This document shows, in pieces, positions 17,725-27,419 of a stretch of DNA of 39,363 bases. Position 1 is the stretch's first letter. Each line of letters starts with the position of its first letter. The DNA comes from an uncultured Bacilli bacterium. GTDB lineage: Bacteria; Bacillota_I; Bacilli_A; RF39; UBA660. Location of the stretch: contig CALVUS010000002.1 of NCBI GenBank assembly GCA_944363665.1, forward strand, positions 1 to 39,363, read 5' to 3'. Made by a program: the position numbers and the translations under genes. The notes beneath the pieces are model-generated. The model did not search any database and had not been told where the DNA came from. It saw only the letters and a program-made list of their open reading frames with translations.

Positions 17725-18710
17725 TAAATCATATCCTTAAACAATCCATATATATAATTTTCTATATCAAAAGTTATTAAATCGGTCATTTTTTCACCTA
17801 AGCCTACAAATTTGACAGGTATGTTAACTTCTTCTTTAATAGCTAAAACTATTCCTCCTTTAGCAGTTCCATCCAATTTTGTTAACACTATTCCCGTAAT
17901 ATTGGTAATTTCCTTAAATGCTTTTGCTTGCATAATACCATTTTGACCAGTTGTAGCATCTATTACCAATAAAGTTTCATGCGGAGCACCTTGTATTTGC
18001 ATACCAATTACTTTATTAATTTTTTCTAATTCTTTCATTAAATTTATTTTATTATGCAACCTACCTGCTGTATCAATTAAAACAATATCAATATTTTCTT
18101 CTTTAGCTTTAACTAACCCATCAAATATAACTCCAGCAGGATCAGTATTTTCACGGCCATAAAATGCAGATTCTGTTCGATCAGCCCATATCTTTAATTG
18201 TTCAACAGCCCCAGCTCTAAATGTATCTCCAGCAATCATCATAACTTTCTTGCCATCTTGTTTATATTTATTAGCTAATTTTGCTATTGTTGTAGTTTTA
18301 CCAACACCGTTTACACCAACCATTAATATAACTGTTGGTCCTGCTTCATTCATATTTATTTTATCTGTAATAGATTCATTATTAACATAAATTATAAATA
18401 ACTCATCGACTATTACTTCATTTAAGTATTTAGAATCTGTAATATTTTCACTTCTTACTCTTTTACGTAAACGATCAATAAAATCCATAACTGTTTTAAC
18501 ACCTATATCAGCACTAATTAATAAATCTTCTAATTCTTCAAAATATTCTTCATTAACTTTAGTATACTTAATACCTAAAAGATTTAGTTTAGAAACAAAT
18601 TCATTACGTGATTTTTCTAAACCTTTATCATAAATTTTTACTTCTTCATTTATTTTTTCTTCTTGTTCTTTATTTTTAAATATATTTTTTAATTTATTAA
18701 ATAATCCCAT
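17724..18710 (-). CDS. ftsY: signal recognition particle receptor FtsY
   Basis: SRP54-type GTPase motifs GVNGVGKTTTIAKLA, DTAGR, TKLDG. Confidence 0.95.
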   Translation of the reverse strand: MGLFNKLKNIFKNKEQEEKINEEVKIYDKGLEKSRNEFVSKLNLLGIKYTKVNEEYFEELEDLLISADIGVKTVMDFIDRLRKRVRSENITDSKYLNEVIVDELFIIYVNNESITDKINMNEAGPTVILMVGVNGVGKTTTIAKLANKYKQDGKKVMMIAGDTFRAGAVEQLKIWADRTESAFYGRENTDPAGVIFDGLVKAKEENIDIVLIDTAGRLHNKINLMKELEKINKVIGMQIQGAPHETLLVIDATTGQNGIMQAKAFKEITNITGIVLTKLDGTAKGGIVLAIKEEVNIPVKFVGLGEKMTDLITFDIENYIYGLFKDMI

Positions 18711-18746
18711 ATTTTTCCTCCGTATAACAATATAATAACATATTTA

Positions 18747-18775
18747 TAGACAAAACCAAAATTTTTTGCTATAAT
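18747..18775 (+). promoter_or_regulatory. sigma-A-type promoter of rnjA
   Basis: TAGACA, a 17-nt spacer, then an extended -10 TGcTATAAT (TATAAT at 18770..18775). Confidence 0.45.
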
Positions 18776-18825
18776 TTATTTAGTCAAAAACTTTATTGTA
18801 ATTTAAGAAAGAAGGAATTTTTTTT

Positions 18826-20508
18826 ATGGAAAATAAAAAGTTACCAACTAAAGTAATTGCTTTAGGTGGTTTAGGTGAAGTTGGAAAAAACATGTATATC
18901 GTTGAACATAACGATGAAATATTGATAATTGATGCTGGAGTAATGTTTCCTGAAGATGGCTTATTAGGTGTTGATTATGTTATTCAAGACGTTACTTATT
19001 TAAAGAAAAATGAAAATAAAATCAAAGGCTTATTTATCACTCATGGTCATGAAGATCATATCGGAGGTATTCCATTTTTATTACAAGCAGTTAAAATACC
19101 TGTAATATATACTCCTAAAATTGCTAAAGATTTAATTGAAAAAAAATTAGTAGAAAGAAATATTAAATTTGAAAATTATGAAATAATTAATCCAGATTTT
19201 AATGTTAAAACTAAATATTTTAATGTTTCTTTTGTCAATACTACTCACTCTATTCCAGATTCATTTGCTTTAATTATTAAGACTCCAAATGGAACAATAT
19301 TTGAAACGGGAGATTTTAAATTTGATTTAACTCCAGTTGGACCAATGGCTGATATTCACAAAATGGCTAAAGCAGGAGCTGAGGGAGTTACTCTACTTTT
19401 AAGTGATTCTACCAATGCTTTATCTGCTGGATACTCCAAAAGTGAAAGTGCTGTTGATGGAATGTTAAATGATATGATAAGTCGTCATCATGGAAGAGTT
19501 ATTGTTGCTACATTTGCATCTAATATATATCGAATTAAGCATATAGCTGAAACATGCAAAAAATACAATCGAAAAATTATAGTTTTTGGTAGAAGTATGG
19601 AAAATAGTGTTGAACTTGCTTTAAATAATGGACTAATTACTGATAGATCACTTTTTATAGATGTCAATGATTCTAAATCTTTAAAAAGAAATGAAATCTG
19701 TATTTTATGCACAGGATCGCAAGGAGAACCACTAGCAGCATTATCACGAATTGCTAATGGTCAACATAAGCAAATTTCTCTTTTAGGAGATGATTTAGTA
19801 ATATTTTCTTCTAGTCCTATTCCTGGTAATGCTCAAAGTATTAATAAAATAATTAATAAATTATATTTAAAAGGTGTAAGAGTATTTACAAATTCAGAAT
19901 TTACCGATGTACATACTTCAGGTCATGCTAAAGAAGAAGAGTTAAAATGGATGCTTAGAATTATCAAACCCAAATATTTTATGCCGATGCATGGGGAATA
20001 TCGCATGCTTAAAAAGCATACTGAAATAGCTGCCAAATGCGGAATTGATTCTAATAATACATTTATTTGTTCTAATGGTGATGTAATTGAATTGATAGAT
20101 GGAATTGTCCGAAAAAATGGAACTGTTCAAGCTGGAGATGTATATGTCGATGGTTCTAGAATTGGTGACATTGGTAGTGTTGTAATAAAAGATCGTAAAC
20201 TGATGAGCCAAGATGGCATTTTAGTAACTATTTTAAATATTAATACCTTATCTAGAAAATTATTATTAAAACCTAATGTTACTGCAAGAGGATTTGTATT
20301 AGTAAATGAAAATCAAGAATTAATGCAAAAAATTGAAAGAAAAATTGCCGAAATAGTTAATAACTTTTTAGCAAAAGTTCCATACACATACACTGATTTA
20401 AAAAATCAAATAATTTTAGAATTACTGCCATTTATTAATAATTTAACTGGTAGAAAACCAATAATATTACCGGTAATTATGGAAGTTAACCAAACGGATC
20501 ATAAATAA
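18826..20508 (+). CDS. rnjA: ribonuclease J
   Basis: Metallo-beta-lactamase motif HGHEDHIGG, a beta-CASP region, and a C-terminal domain; the 560-aa length is typical of RNase J1. Confidence 0.9.
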   Translation: MENKKLPTKVIALGGLGEVGKNMYIVEHNDEILIIDAGVMFPEDGLLGVDYVIQDVTYLKKNENKIKGLFITHGHEDHIGGIPFLLQAVKIPVIYTPKIAKDLIEKKLVERNIKFENYEIINPDFNVKTKYFNVSFVNTTHSIPDSFALIIKTPNGTIFETGDFKFDLTPVGPMADIHKMAKAGAEGVTLLLSDSTNALSAGYSKSESAVDGMLNDMISRHHGRVIVATFASNIYRIKHIAETCKKYNRKIIVFGRSMENSVELALNNGLITDRSLFIDVNDSKSLKRNEICILCTGSQGEPLAALSRIANGQHKQISLLGDDLVIFSSSPIPGNAQSINKIINKLYLKGVRVFTNSEFTDVHTSGHAKEEELKWMLRIIKPKYFMPMHGEYRMLKKHTEIAAKCGIDSNNTFICSNGDVIELIDGIVRKNGTVQAGDVYVDGSRIGDIGSVVIKDRKLMSQDGILVTILNINTLSRKLLLKPNVTARGFVLVNENQELMQKIERKIAEIVNNFLAKVPYTYTDLKNQIILELLPFINNLTGRKPIILPVIMEVNQTDHK

Positions 20509-20540
20509 AAACTAATTTTGTTTTTTGCAAAATTAGTTTT
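20508..20540. terminator. bidirectional intrinsic terminator between rnjA and the convergent 20533..21630 gene
   Basis: A perfect 13-bp inverted repeat AAAACTAATTTTG / CAAAATTAGTTTT with a 7-nt T-rich loop, followed by a T-run. Confidence 0.6.
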
Positions 20541-21630
20541 TTTCTATTGCTTGAATATTAATTAGCTTCCATACATCATCAACCTTAATAAAATATAATT
20601 TATCATGCATTATATCTATTTGATGTTTACCAGCTACAATCATGTCTTTTTCTAAATATACTGTACAGGAAAAAGCATCCGGACCGTAAATTTCAAAATT
20701 TTCTAATCTTTCTACTGGCCAAATAGGATTTCCTAAAGTATGTTTGCTAGTAAATGTAATATCAACACTATGTGCCCAGTTATAAGCCATTTGATAAAGA
20801 TCCGTTCCTTCAATTAAATATTCAGAAATTGTAGAAAAACCATATCTATTTCCTTGCAAATCTTTAGTTAAAAACAAATGCCAATCTTGAGCTATTTTCA
20901 TTATATCAAAATCAATATTTATATAATTATTAGCATCTTCTAATGTCTTTACTTTATAAAAATAATCATCCATTTGATATATAAAGTCTTTTTCAGAAAC
21001 TTCAACAGTATTAGCATTATAGTCTTTAATTACAATTTCTTTTTCAGAATCTAAGTTATTAATTTCATAAGTTACCAACTTTGGCATTGCTGTATTATAA
21101 TACATAAAATCCAAATTAGAAAAATTTTTCTCTTTACTATAATTTTCCAACTTTTCTCCATCTACAAATACTTCAAAATTACTAGGAACAATAACATCAT
21201 AATAAAATAGACCTCTATTTAAATTGGGCATTATTTTAATTACATCTCTTACTTGATAATTAAATAGTCCTAATTTAGTTTTATTAGCTAAAATTTTTGT
21301 ATCTATAGTAAAAATTTTTCGATCATGATTATAAATTTCATATTTTTCATCAGCTATTTCTTTTACTGTTAAATTCTTAGATTGAGTTATATTTTTATAT
21401 TCATCTAATAAATCAGTAGATAAATTATTTTCTTTTAAATAATTTTTCAAATCTGATTCGCTTAAATCATGAATGATACCTATTAAATAATTATCGACTT
21501 GAGCATTTTCATAGGTTTTTAATGTCCAAAAAATATATATTAAAAATATTATTGCAAGTATCCCTAGAATAATACTATAAATGAGCAAACTTTTTTTATA
21601 TCTCTTTTCTTTTTTCTTACTACTTTTCAT
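20533..21630 (-). CDS. membrane-anchored hypothetical protein
   Basis: 365-aa ORF with an N-terminal basic stretch plus a TM helix (LLIYSIILGILAIIFLIYIFW). It lies 3 nt downstream of the phosphodiester-glycosidase gene, so the two are probably an operon. No recognisable family. Confidence 0.55.
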   Translation of the reverse strand: MKSSKKKEKRYKKSLLIYSIILGILAIIFLIYIFWTLKTYENAQVDNYLIGIIHDLSESDLKNYLKENNLSTDLLDEYKNITQSKNLTVKEIADEKYEIYNHDRKIFTIDTKILANKTKLGLFNYQVRDVIKIMPNLNRGLFYYDVIVPSNFEVFVDGEKLENYSKEKNFSNLDFMYYNTAMPKLVTYEINNLDSEKEIVIKDYNANTVEVSEKDFIYQMDDYFYKVKTLEDANNYINIDFDIMKIAQDWHLFLTKDLQGNRYGFSTISEYLIEGTDLYQMAYNWAHSVDITFTSKHTLGNPIWPVERLENFEIYGPDAFSCTVYLEKDMIVAGKHQIDIMHDKLYFIKVDDVWKLINIQAIEKN

Positions 21631-21633
21631 AAT

Positions 21634-22662
21634 CTATTCCTTTACAATAAATGCTGTTGGTAATCGCCATGAAGAATTTGAATAGTAAAATGTTACACTA
21701 TCCATTAAATATTCGCCGTTATAATACATTGTCGAAGAGCTTCCTCCATCAATATTTGCAGCATTAACGGCACCATATTCACTCATTACTTCGATTAAGT
21801 CAGCAGCAGTTGCTCCAAGATGTCCATTTTTGCCACGGCCATCAGTAACTAAGAATAGAACAGTACCATCTTCTCTTTGCCCGATGGCAGTCCTAGGGTT
21901 AGCTCCACTTCCCATTCCATTTAATTCTCTTTTTTCACCATTAATTATTAATTTTACAAAGTGGTTATTTTTATCACTAGATTCTTCTTGAAATGATACC
22001 GCATCGCGAATTTTTTCAGTAACAATCAAGTTTTCTATTTCACTTTTATTCATTGAACTTATGTCAATTATACGAAGAATATTATTTTCATCAAACCCAA
22101 TTAAATGGAGTCCTGTTGCTCCCATACTCATATCCTGTATTTCGCCATTACTAACGGTAACTCCTAAAGGATGCCCCCCTTTATTAGCATCACTATAGTA
22201 AAGGCCACCATTTATACCAGCAAGGGCATTATTTTCATTAACTAATTTATCTAATTCTTTACCATATTCACCCCATGGATAGGTTGTAGCTAAACTTATC
22301 TTAGATGGGTCACTTATGATCATCATTGTTCCTTCGAAGTTATTACCAGATACCTTATGTATTTCAATAAGTTCTTTTTCAATATTATCATCAACTGTTA
22401 TCAATTCAGTATCCACTTCTTCTTGCATGGTTGCTAAAGAATTAGCATTGACTATTTCGTTTATTTCGGCATCGCTTAAGAAAATAGAGGCTAAAAATTT
22501 TAATTGGCCAGTTTCTAGAATCGTCGTTACAAATAAATTACGAGCACTAGTTGATGGGCCATGACAAATTAAAAAGATTGTGGTAACCAAAGTCAAGATA
22601 ACAACTCCCAAAGTTATACCAATAAAAGAAAATATTTTGCCGATTAATTTTACTACATTCAT
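21634..22662 (-). CDS. phosphodiester glycosidase family protein (DUF2233/NAGPA 'uncovering enzyme'-like), membrane anchored
   Basis: N-terminal signal anchor. The C-terminal region GINGGLYY...GHPLG...NPRTAIGQREDGTVLFLVTDGRG...GATAADLIEVM...GAVNAANIDGGSSSTM is characteristic of the family. ATG at 22662 is preferred over the upstream GTG at 22677. Confidence 0.7.
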   Translation of the reverse strand: MNVVKLIGKIFSFIGITLGVVILTLVTTIFLICHGPSTSARNLFVTTILETGQLKFLASIFLSDAEINEIVNANSLATMQEEVDTELITVDDNIEKELIEIHKVSGNNFEGTMMIISDPSKISLATTYPWGEYGKELDKLVNENNALAGINGGLYYSDANKGGHPLGVTVSNGEIQDMSMGATGLHLIGFDENNILRIIDISSMNKSEIENLIVTEKIRDAVSFQEESSDKNNHFVKLIINGEKRELNGMGSGANPRTAIGQREDGTVLFLVTDGRGKNGHLGATAADLIEVMSEYGAVNAANIDGGSSSTMYYNGEYLMDSVTFYYSNSSWRLPTAFIVKE

Positions 22663-22739
22663 AATAATCCCTACCACTTTTTAAAATCTATAGATATCAT
22701 ATCATAATATAGTAATTTAATAAAGTATATTTGCAAGAA

Positions 22740-22780
22740 AATGTTGCCATGGTATAATTAATGTTGCCATGGTATAATTT
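22740..22780 (+). repeat. perfect 20-bp tandem duplication, each copy carrying an extended -10 (TGGTATAAT)
   Basis: AATGTTGCCATGGTATAATT occurs twice back to back, immediately upstream of the PIG-L gene start. Confidence 0.85.
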
Positions 22781-22794
22781 AGGTAGTGATGGTC

Positions 22795-24102
22795 ATGAAA
22801 AAGTTATTTATATTGTTGTTATTTGTTCCTTTTTTGATTGTTAAAGCGGAAGTTCGAGATGGTTATATTGATCAAATTACTATTACTGTTAATGATACTA
22901 ATGTTAGTAAACTTAGTGATAATAATTACAATACATATTTAAGAATGGATGCAAATGATGAGATAAAAATAAATAGTCAACAAGAATTCAACTATGTTTA
23001 TATAATTTATTATATAGAAGCAAAAAAAGGAATTATCCATTACAATGATACTGCAAAAAATGTTGGAGAAAACAATTTTTTACATGAATGTGTAAAATTA
23101 GAATCTAAAACTAATGAAGTTATATTAATTTATGATGAGAGTGTTGCTATAAAAGAGATTTTTTTATTTAATGACCCCCTTCCTAATTGGGTTCAAACTT
23201 GGGAGTTACCTTATGAAAAGGCTGATGTAGTTTTGTTTTCTACACATAGTGATGATGAGCATCTCTTTTTTGCGGGGCTAATTCCAACGATGATTGCAAA
23301 CGGCAAGAAAATCCAAGTAGTCTATTTAACTAATCATAATGATAATCCTAAAAGACTAGATGAGCAATTGAATGGTCTTTGGGCAGTGGGAGTTAGGAAT
23401 TATCCTGTGCTAGGAACTTTTCCGGATGCCTACTCCACTTCACTTAAGGGAGCAACAAATAATTTAATTTATCAAAGTTATACTTTTGATGACGTTGTTG
23501 AATTTGAATTAGATATAATAAAAAGATTTAAACCAAGTATCGTAGTTAATCACGATGAAAATGGCGAGTATGGTCATGGACAACACATCCTTAATACCGA
23601 GGCATTAAAAGAAGCATTGAATTTGTTAAGTGAGGAAGAAAAACCATATAAGGTTTATTTACATTTATACAAAGAAAATCCTATTGTAATGAATTATGAT
23701 ATACCTTTAGAATATTATAATGGAATGAGTGCCTATGAAGTATCAAAACTGGGATATGCCGAACATGTTAGTCAACATTATACTTGGTTTACTGATTGGT
23801 TACTTGGAAAAAATGACAATTTTACTACTGCTACTCAGATAAAAACTTATAGTCCTTTAGAATTTGGATTATATTATTCAAAAGTAGGATATGAAAACAA
23901 TGATGGAGATATGTTTTACAATATACCAGAAGAAATAAAAGAAGAAGTAATTGAAGATGAAAGCATTGATAGTGTAACGGAAGAAATTAAAGAGGTACAC
24001 GATAAGGAAAACGGACACAATTATAATTATTTATATTTTATTGGAACTGGCATTTTAACAATTCTTATAATTATTCTTTTATTGACAAAGAAAAAACATT
24101 AG
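22795..24102 (+). CDS. PIG-L/LmbE-family N-acetylglucosaminyl deacetylase, predicted extracytoplasmic, with a C-terminal TM anchor
   Basis: Signal peptide MKKLFILLLFVPFLIVKAEV, PIG-L motif FSTHSDDEHLFFAG plus HDENGEYGHGQH, and a C-terminal TM helix (FIGTGILTILIIILLL). Alternative starts are at 22786 and 22789. Confidence 0.7.
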   Translation: MKKLFILLLFVPFLIVKAEVRDGYIDQITITVNDTNVSKLSDNNYNTYLRMDANDEIKINSQQEFNYVYIIYYIEAKKGIIHYNDTAKNVGENNFLHECVKLESKTNEVILIYDESVAIKEIFLFNDPLPNWVQTWELPYEKADVVLFSTHSDDEHLFFAGLIPTMIANGKKIQVVYLTNHNDNPKRLDEQLNGLWAVGVRNYPVLGTFPDAYSTSLKGATNNLIYQSYTFDDVVEFELDIIKRFKPSIVVNHDENGEYGHGQHILNTEALKEALNLLSEEEKPYKVYLHLYKENPIVMNYDIPLEYYNGMSAYEVSKLGYAEHVSQHYTWFTDWLLGKNDNFTTATQIKTYSPLEFGLYYSKVGYENNDGDMFYNIPEEIKEEVIEDESIDSVTEEIKEVHDKENGHNYNYLYFIGTGILTILIIILLLTKKKH

Positions 24103-24120
24103 AGCATTTTCTAATGTTTT
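24093..24120. terminator. bidirectional hairpin between the convergent PIG-L gene and rny
   Basis: AAAACATTAG - 8-nt loop - CTAATGTTTT, overlapping both stop codons. AT-rich stem, so moderate strength. Confidence 0.45.
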
Positions 24121-25672
24121 ATTTAGCTTCTTCTTGAACCCTCGTTTCTCTAATTACTGTAATTTTTATGGTTCCAGGATATTGCATTTCTTGCTCTATT
24201 TTGTTTTTTATATCTCTAGCAATTTTATAGCTTTTGGCATCATCAACTTCTGTTGGTTTAACAATAACTCGTAGTTCTCTTCCAGCTTGCATAGCAAATG
24301 TTTTTTCTACACCTTCATAAGAATTACCAATCTCTTCAAGTTGTTCTAATCTCTTAATATAATTTTCCAAAGTATCATTACGAGCCCCTGGACGTGCCGC
24401 TGATAAAGTATCAGCAACTGCCACTAAAACCGCAATCGTCGATTTAGCTTCTACATCTCCATGATGTGATGCAATTGCATCAAGAACTACCTCTGGTTCA
24501 TGATGTTTTTTGGCAAAATCAAGACCAATTTCTACATGACTTCCTTCAATTTCAAAATCGATAGCTTTTCCAATATCATGAAGTAGTCCTGCTCTTTTAG
24601 CAAGAGTGACATTTTCACCTAATTCAGCTGCCATTAAGCCTGTTAAATTAGCTACTTCAATTGAATGCTTTAGAGCATTTTGCCCATAACTAGTCCGGAA
24701 ATTCAACTTACCAACTAAAGTAACAAGTTCTGGATCCATTTTGGCAATTCCCAAGTCATTAATAGTTTGATTACCAATTTGAATTATTCTTGTATTGACG
24801 TCTTTAACTGTTTTGTCATAAATTTCTTCTATTCTTCCTGGGTGAATTCGTCCATCCTTTATTAAAGATTCAATGGTTATTTTTGCTATTTCTCTTCTCA
24901 AAGGATCAAAAGAAGAAATTACTATAGCTTCTGGTGTATCGTCAATTATTAAGTCGACACCCGTAACTGATTCAATTGTTCGAATATTTCTTCCTTCTCT
25001 ACCAATAAGTCTTCCTTTCATATCATCATTAGGCAATTCAATTGTACTAACTGTTTGCAGACCTACAACATCATCTGCATATCTTTCCATACTACTTACA
25101 ATTAACTGTTTAGCAACATCGTGTGCTTCTAATTTAGCACGAGCTTCAGCATCTTTGATATAATTAGTTATTTCTAATTCCATATCACTTTCAACTCGTT
25201 CCATAATTGCTTGACGTGCTTTTTCTTTACTGTATTTACTAATTTGCTCTAACTTAACTACTTCTTCCTTGAGTAGTTCATCCATTTTTTCCTCTTTATC
25301 TTGCAATTTTTTTTGTTTAGCTAATAAATCATTTTCTTTTTCTTGTAATAAGTTATCTCTATTTTGTAAAATTTCTTCTCTTTTATCAAGATTGTTTTCT
25401 CTTGTTAAAAGACGATCTTCGCTTTGCAAAAGTTCAGCCTTTTTTTCTTTTATTTCTGCTTCAGTTTCTTGCTTTATTCGAAATGATTCTTGTTTTATTT
25501 CAAGTAATGTATCTCGTTTATTTTTTTCTGCTTCCTTCTTTGCATCTTCAATAAATTTATTAGCTTTGCTCAATGCTCTGGATGCTCTAATACTAAATAT
25601 TATCCAAACAATTACAGCTCCAAATAAAATTCCAATAGCAAGAGTTAAAATGGAAAATAAAATATTATCCAT
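24119..25672 (-). CDS. rny: ribonuclease Y
   Basis: N-terminal TM helix, a long K/E-rich coiled coil, a KH domain ([12 protein letters not shown]), and an HD domain (LLHDIGKA...ASHHG). Confidence 0.95.
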   Translation of the reverse strand: MDNILFSILTLAIGILFGAVIVWIIFSIRASRALSKANKFIEDAKKEAEKNKRDTLLEIKQESFRIKQETEAEIKEKKAELLQSEDRLLTRENNLDKREEILQNRDNLLQEKENDLLAKQKKLQDKEEKMDELLKEEVVKLEQISKYSKEKARQAIMERVESDMELEITNYIKDAEARAKLEAHDVAKQLIVSSMERYADDVVGLQTVSTIELPNDDMKGRLIGREGRNIRTIESVTGVDLIIDDTPEAIVISSFDPLRREIAKITIESLIKDGRIHPGRIEEIYDKTVKDVNTRIIQIGNQTINDLGIAKMDPELVTLVGKLNFRTSYGQNALKHSIEVANLTGLMAAELGENVTLAKRAGLLHDIGKAIDFEIEGSHVEIGLDFAKKHHEPEVVLDAIASHHGDVEAKSTIAVLVAVADTLSAARPGARNDTLENYIKRLEQLEEIGNSYEGVEKTFAMQAGRELRVIVKPTEVDDAKSYKIARDIKNKIEQEMQYPGTIKITVIRETRVQEEAK

Positions 25673-26121
25673 TTTAAAAATCCTCCATCTCTTATAGAAT
25701 ATATAATATATATTAAATAGTAATATTTATTTATATCTATAATTCAATTATAATTGTAAATGGTTAAATAATCAAGTAATTTTTAGTTAAGAAAAAACAA
25801 CTAATTGTCAGAGGTCATTAATTCTTCTTTTGTTATGTAACAATTCGCTTTGCGGTAATCTTATTTTCTTTTTGACACCTATAATACTCTTTTAATAATA
25901 AGTAATTAAAATTTTATATAGTTAATTTTACAACTAACTATTTCTTTAGAATTAGCATAATTAATACATTTATTACAATATTTTTATTAAGTTTGTTTCA
26001 ATATCCCTAGCATTTTGCTATTTAACTTTAATCTACGACATATAATATGTTCTTAAATTTCCACTTGTTTAATTATAAAATATTATTTTTAAAAATATTA
26101 AAATGTCAACATATACATTTT

Positions 26122-27411
26122 TCACATTTTTGATGCAGTTTTATAAATACTACTAAATATTAACTGAAGTCCTATAGCAATAACTATAAATCTAATTGGA
26201 AATAATACTATAGCATATCTTTCATAAGCAAAAGCATAGCTATACATAATTATATGATATCCATATAAAATAACTAAAAATAAATACTCAAGTAAATGTT
26301 TTCTCTTTATAAAAATCACTATTGAAGATATTCCAAATAACAAAATATCAATAATTCGAAAGACTAAGTTTACCTTAATATCAATATTAAATATTTCGTT
26401 CCAATAAAAACTAGAATATAACATTATTTTTGGTTTATATAATAAATAAGATTTTAACATTGAAGCTTTATCATTATCCCACCAATATTGCATACGATAA
26501 AAAGCTTTCAATCGATCATATTCTAAAGAATAGTATACTTTATATTCATCCCGTGGATAATCACTACTTAAAACTTTTTGCATTTCTATACTCAGTAAAT
26601 CATCGACATTAGTTTCATAGTCTAATTCAGCATCATTTGGATAGCCAATCCCTTGATAAGTTCCAAGAAGTAAAGGATTACCCACTCCATAAGTTAAAGG
26701 AATAAACTTTTCAAATATTTGATAATTTCTTATAATCCAAGGAGTTAAACAGGTCAAAACTGCAAGTGCTAAAACTACTACTTTTTTCATTAAATCTTTA
26801 AAATTATATTTTTTTATAATCAAGCATATTATTAAAGCAACTGGGAAAAAAACTATTGTTGGTCTTATAAATAAACAAATAATATAGTAAATGATTATGA
26901 AAATATAATCTCTATTTTTATTTTCTTTAATAAATTTTATTGAGTAATAAATAAGTAAAAGTAATAACAACATAAAGGGTGTTTCCGTTAGAATCAAATT
27001 ACTCATCCATAAATAATCAGGAGCCAATAAAAATAAACAAACAAATGTAGAAATATATTTATTAGCAAAAATACGAGCAGTTTTATATAAAACTATCATA
27101 GTTAAAATAGTCATTAACATATAAAATAACTTTAAGGCTACTAATAAAACACTACCAGTTCCAAAAATTAAACAAAAAAAAGCTATTAGAAATGTTAACC
27201 CAGGCATAATTTGCGCAGATACTACCCCATGCATCGTAATTTTACCGGTTTCATAAAAATTTATGCCACTATTAATATAACTTAAATCGTCACTATTAAT
27301 TGAATAATCATAACCCAGATAAATGAATGTTATAAAATTAAAGATTATAAATATTATTAACAGTATTGCGAATAGCCAATTGTTTTTTATAATTTCTAAT
27401 ACCTTTTTCAT
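26122..27411 (-). CDS. GT-C-fold membrane glycosyltransferase (ArnT/PMT-like, GT39/83-type)
   Basis: 429 aa with about 11 TM helices. An acidic motif in the first external loop (YSINSDDLSYINSG) is typical of GT-C enzymes that use polyprenyl-phosphate sugars. Confidence 0.6.
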   Translation of the reverse strand: MKKVLEIIKNNWLFAILLIIFIIFNFITFIYLGYDYSINSDDLSYINSGINFYETGKITMHGVVSAQIMPGLTFLIAFFCLIFGTGSVLLVALKLFYMLMTILTMIVLYKTARIFANKYISTFVCLFLLAPDYLWMSNLILTETPFMLLLLLLIYYSIKFIKENKNRDYIFIIIYYIICLFIRPTIVFFPVALIICLIIKKYNFKDLMKKVVVLALAVLTCLTPWIIRNYQIFEKFIPLTYGVGNPLLLGTYQGIGYPNDAELDYETNVDDLLSIEMQKVLSSDYPRDEYKVYYSLEYDRLKAFYRMQYWWDNDKASMLKSYLLYKPKIMLYSSFYWNEIFNIDIKVNLVFRIIDILLFGISSIVIFIKRKHLLEYLFLVILYGYHIIMYSYAFAYERYAIVLFPIRFIVIAIGLQLIFSSIYKTASKM

Positions 27412-27419
27412 ATTTGTTA

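Noticed and set aside
19488-20211. Two antisense ORFs (74 and 89 aa) inside rnjA
   Set aside because: They lie inside a well-supported RNase J gene and have no translation signals.
24873-25697. Plus-strand ORFs of 96 aa and 142 aa antisense to rny
   Set aside because: They are Ser/Phe/Leu/Cys-rich mirror translations of the K/E-rich coiled-coil and KH regions of RNase Y. They have no RBS and are fully contained in a confidently assigned gene.
25872-25885. Plus-strand TTGACA..TATAAT in the rny upstream region
   Set aside because: The hexamers are separated by only 2 nt, and there is no plus-strand gene downstream.
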